Of a DNA stretch of 57,611 nt, positions 56,527-57,611 are shown piece after piece. The position numbers and the translations under genes were made by a program. Below the pieces are notes generated by a model that saw only the letters and a list, made by a program, of their open reading frames with translations, did no database searches and had not been told where the DNA came from. This DNA comes from Bacillota bacterium (GTDB lineage Bacteria; Bacillota; Sulfobacillia; UBA995; UBA9673): NCBI GenBank assembly GCA_003599345.1, contig QZJP01000049.1, positions 1 through 57,611 of the forward strand, in the 5' to 3' direction. The number at the start of each line of letters is the position of its first letter. The first letter of the stretch is position 1.

Positions 56527-57611
56527 GTGGGACAACGCCTCGATGACGGAACGCGCGAGGCCTGCGAGACCATCGACATCCCCGTGAGGGGGATGACGTG
56601 CGCGGCCTGTGTGAGGCGTCTTGAGAAAGGGCTCAGCGCGGCCGAGGGCGTGATCGAAGCCAACGTCAACTTCGCGTCCGAGCGCGCTCGAGTCTCCTAC
56701 GACCCCGCCAGAACCGATTCCGAGCGGCTGGCCGGGGTCATCCGGTCCATCGGCTACGAGCCGGTGATGCTCAGGAGCCGGGCCGCGGGTGAGGCTCCGG
56801 GCGCCGACCTCACGGATGGGGACCCCGAGACGCGCGCCCGGGCGCGGGACATCCGCGATCTCCGTACCGTGCTCATCCTCAGTGGAGTCCTCTCGCTCCT
56901 CATCTTCGTCGGGTCTATGGCCATGATGGTGCCCGGGGTCCCGCACTTTCTGACGAAGCCCCTCGTGCTCCTGGCCCTGGCCACACCCGTCCAGTTCGGG
57001 GCCGGGTGGCGCTTCTACCGCGGCGCCGTCGCGGCCCTCAGGCATGGGGCCGCGGACATGAACGTCCTCATCGCCACGGGAACGTCGGCCGCCTACGGTT
57101 ACTCGGCGGTCGCCGCGCTGGCCCCCGGGGTGTTCCGGTCCGCCGGGCTGGAGCCTGCCACATACTTCGACTCCGCGGCGATGATAATCACCCTCATCCT
57201 GCTCGGCCGTTATCTCGAGGCCGTGGCCAAGGGGCGGGCCTCAGCGGCGGTCCGGCGCCTGCTCGAGCTCAGGCCTCTGACCGCCAAGTTGGTCCATGAG
57301 GACGGTCGGGAGGAAGAGATCCCCGCCGAGCGGGTCCAGCCCGGAAACAAGCTGGCCGTCCGGCCTGGTGAGAGGGTCCCCGTGGACGGGACAGTCCTGG
57401 AGGGGCGGTCCGCCGTCGATGAGTCGATGCTGACCGGTGAGAGCATACCCGTGGAGAAGTCACCCGGGGACGAACTCATCGGAGCCACCATCAACCTCAC
57501 GGGGTTTATGGTCATGCGGGCCGAGAAGGTCGGCCGGGACACCGCGCTGGCGCAGATCGTCGAGCTGGTGCGCCAGGCTCAAGGCCGAAAGGCGCCGGTC
57601 CAGCGGCTGGC
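56527..57611 (+). CDS. copA: Heavy-metal (copper) translocating P1B-type ATPase; 3'-truncated by the window edge
   Basis: Manual translation from GTG after AGGAGG gives GMTCAAC (HMA), [29 protein letters not shown] and DESMLTGES. Confidence 0.9.
   Translation, partial: MGQRLDDGTREACETIDIPVRGMTCAACVRRLEKGLSAAEGVIEANVNFASERARVSYDPARTDSERLAGVIRSIGYEPVMLRSRAAGEAPGADLTDGDPETRARARDIRDLRTVLILSGVLSLLIFVGSMAMMVPGVPHFLTKPLVLLALATPVQFGAGWRFYRGAVAALRHGAADMNVLIATGTSAAYGYSAVAALAPGVFRSAGLEPATYFDSAAMIITLILLGRYLEAVAKGRASAAVRRLLELRPLTAKLVHEDGREEEIPAERVQPGNKLAVRPGERVPVDGTVLEGRSAVDESMLTGESIPVEKSPGDELIGATINLTGFMVMRAEKVGRDTALAQIVELVRQAQGRKAPVQRL

Overview
A 57.6-kb, very GC-rich chromosomal window from a spore-forming Bacillota (Firmicutes) bacterium. 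The lineage evidence is a GerA/B/C operon, a GerW/YtfJ gene, an SLH-anchored surface protein, a type A RNase P RNA and a type IV pilus locus with no secretin in view; a non-Bacilli, high-GC lineage is an inference. In order, the window holds: the 3' part of a large Calx-beta-like repeat SLH protein, coaA, a PRTase, and a Nif3 / zinc-ribbon / RNase HI operon in which RNase HI is fused to a threonine-synthase-like PLP enzyme. Next comes an accessory block (decayed DNA methyltransferase, TetR- and MarR-associated ABC-2 exporters, a SAM methyltransferase), then rnpB, pcp, Rrf2, patatin, YihY, two MFS transporters, a CTG-start gerW only partly called by the ORF track, ktrBA and gerABC. After these are a penicillin acylase, a membrane alpha/beta hydrolase, lgt, a membrane alkaline-phosphatase-superfamily protein, an MBL hydrolase and a GNAT pseudogene. 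The window ends with pilB-pilT-pilC-pilin-pilM-pilN-pilO, two unknown exported proteins and the start of copA. The most unusual items are the RNase HI-ThrC-like fusion, a 1017-aa membrane-anchored PilM with a long disordered N-terminal extension, a secreted lipase-fold/PKD protein lacking its catalytic serine behind the pilus genes, and a SigH-like promoter motif in front of about 11 transcription units. No CRISPR array, tRNA, rRNA, transposase or integrase was seen. All family calls come from motif recognition by eye, not database searches.
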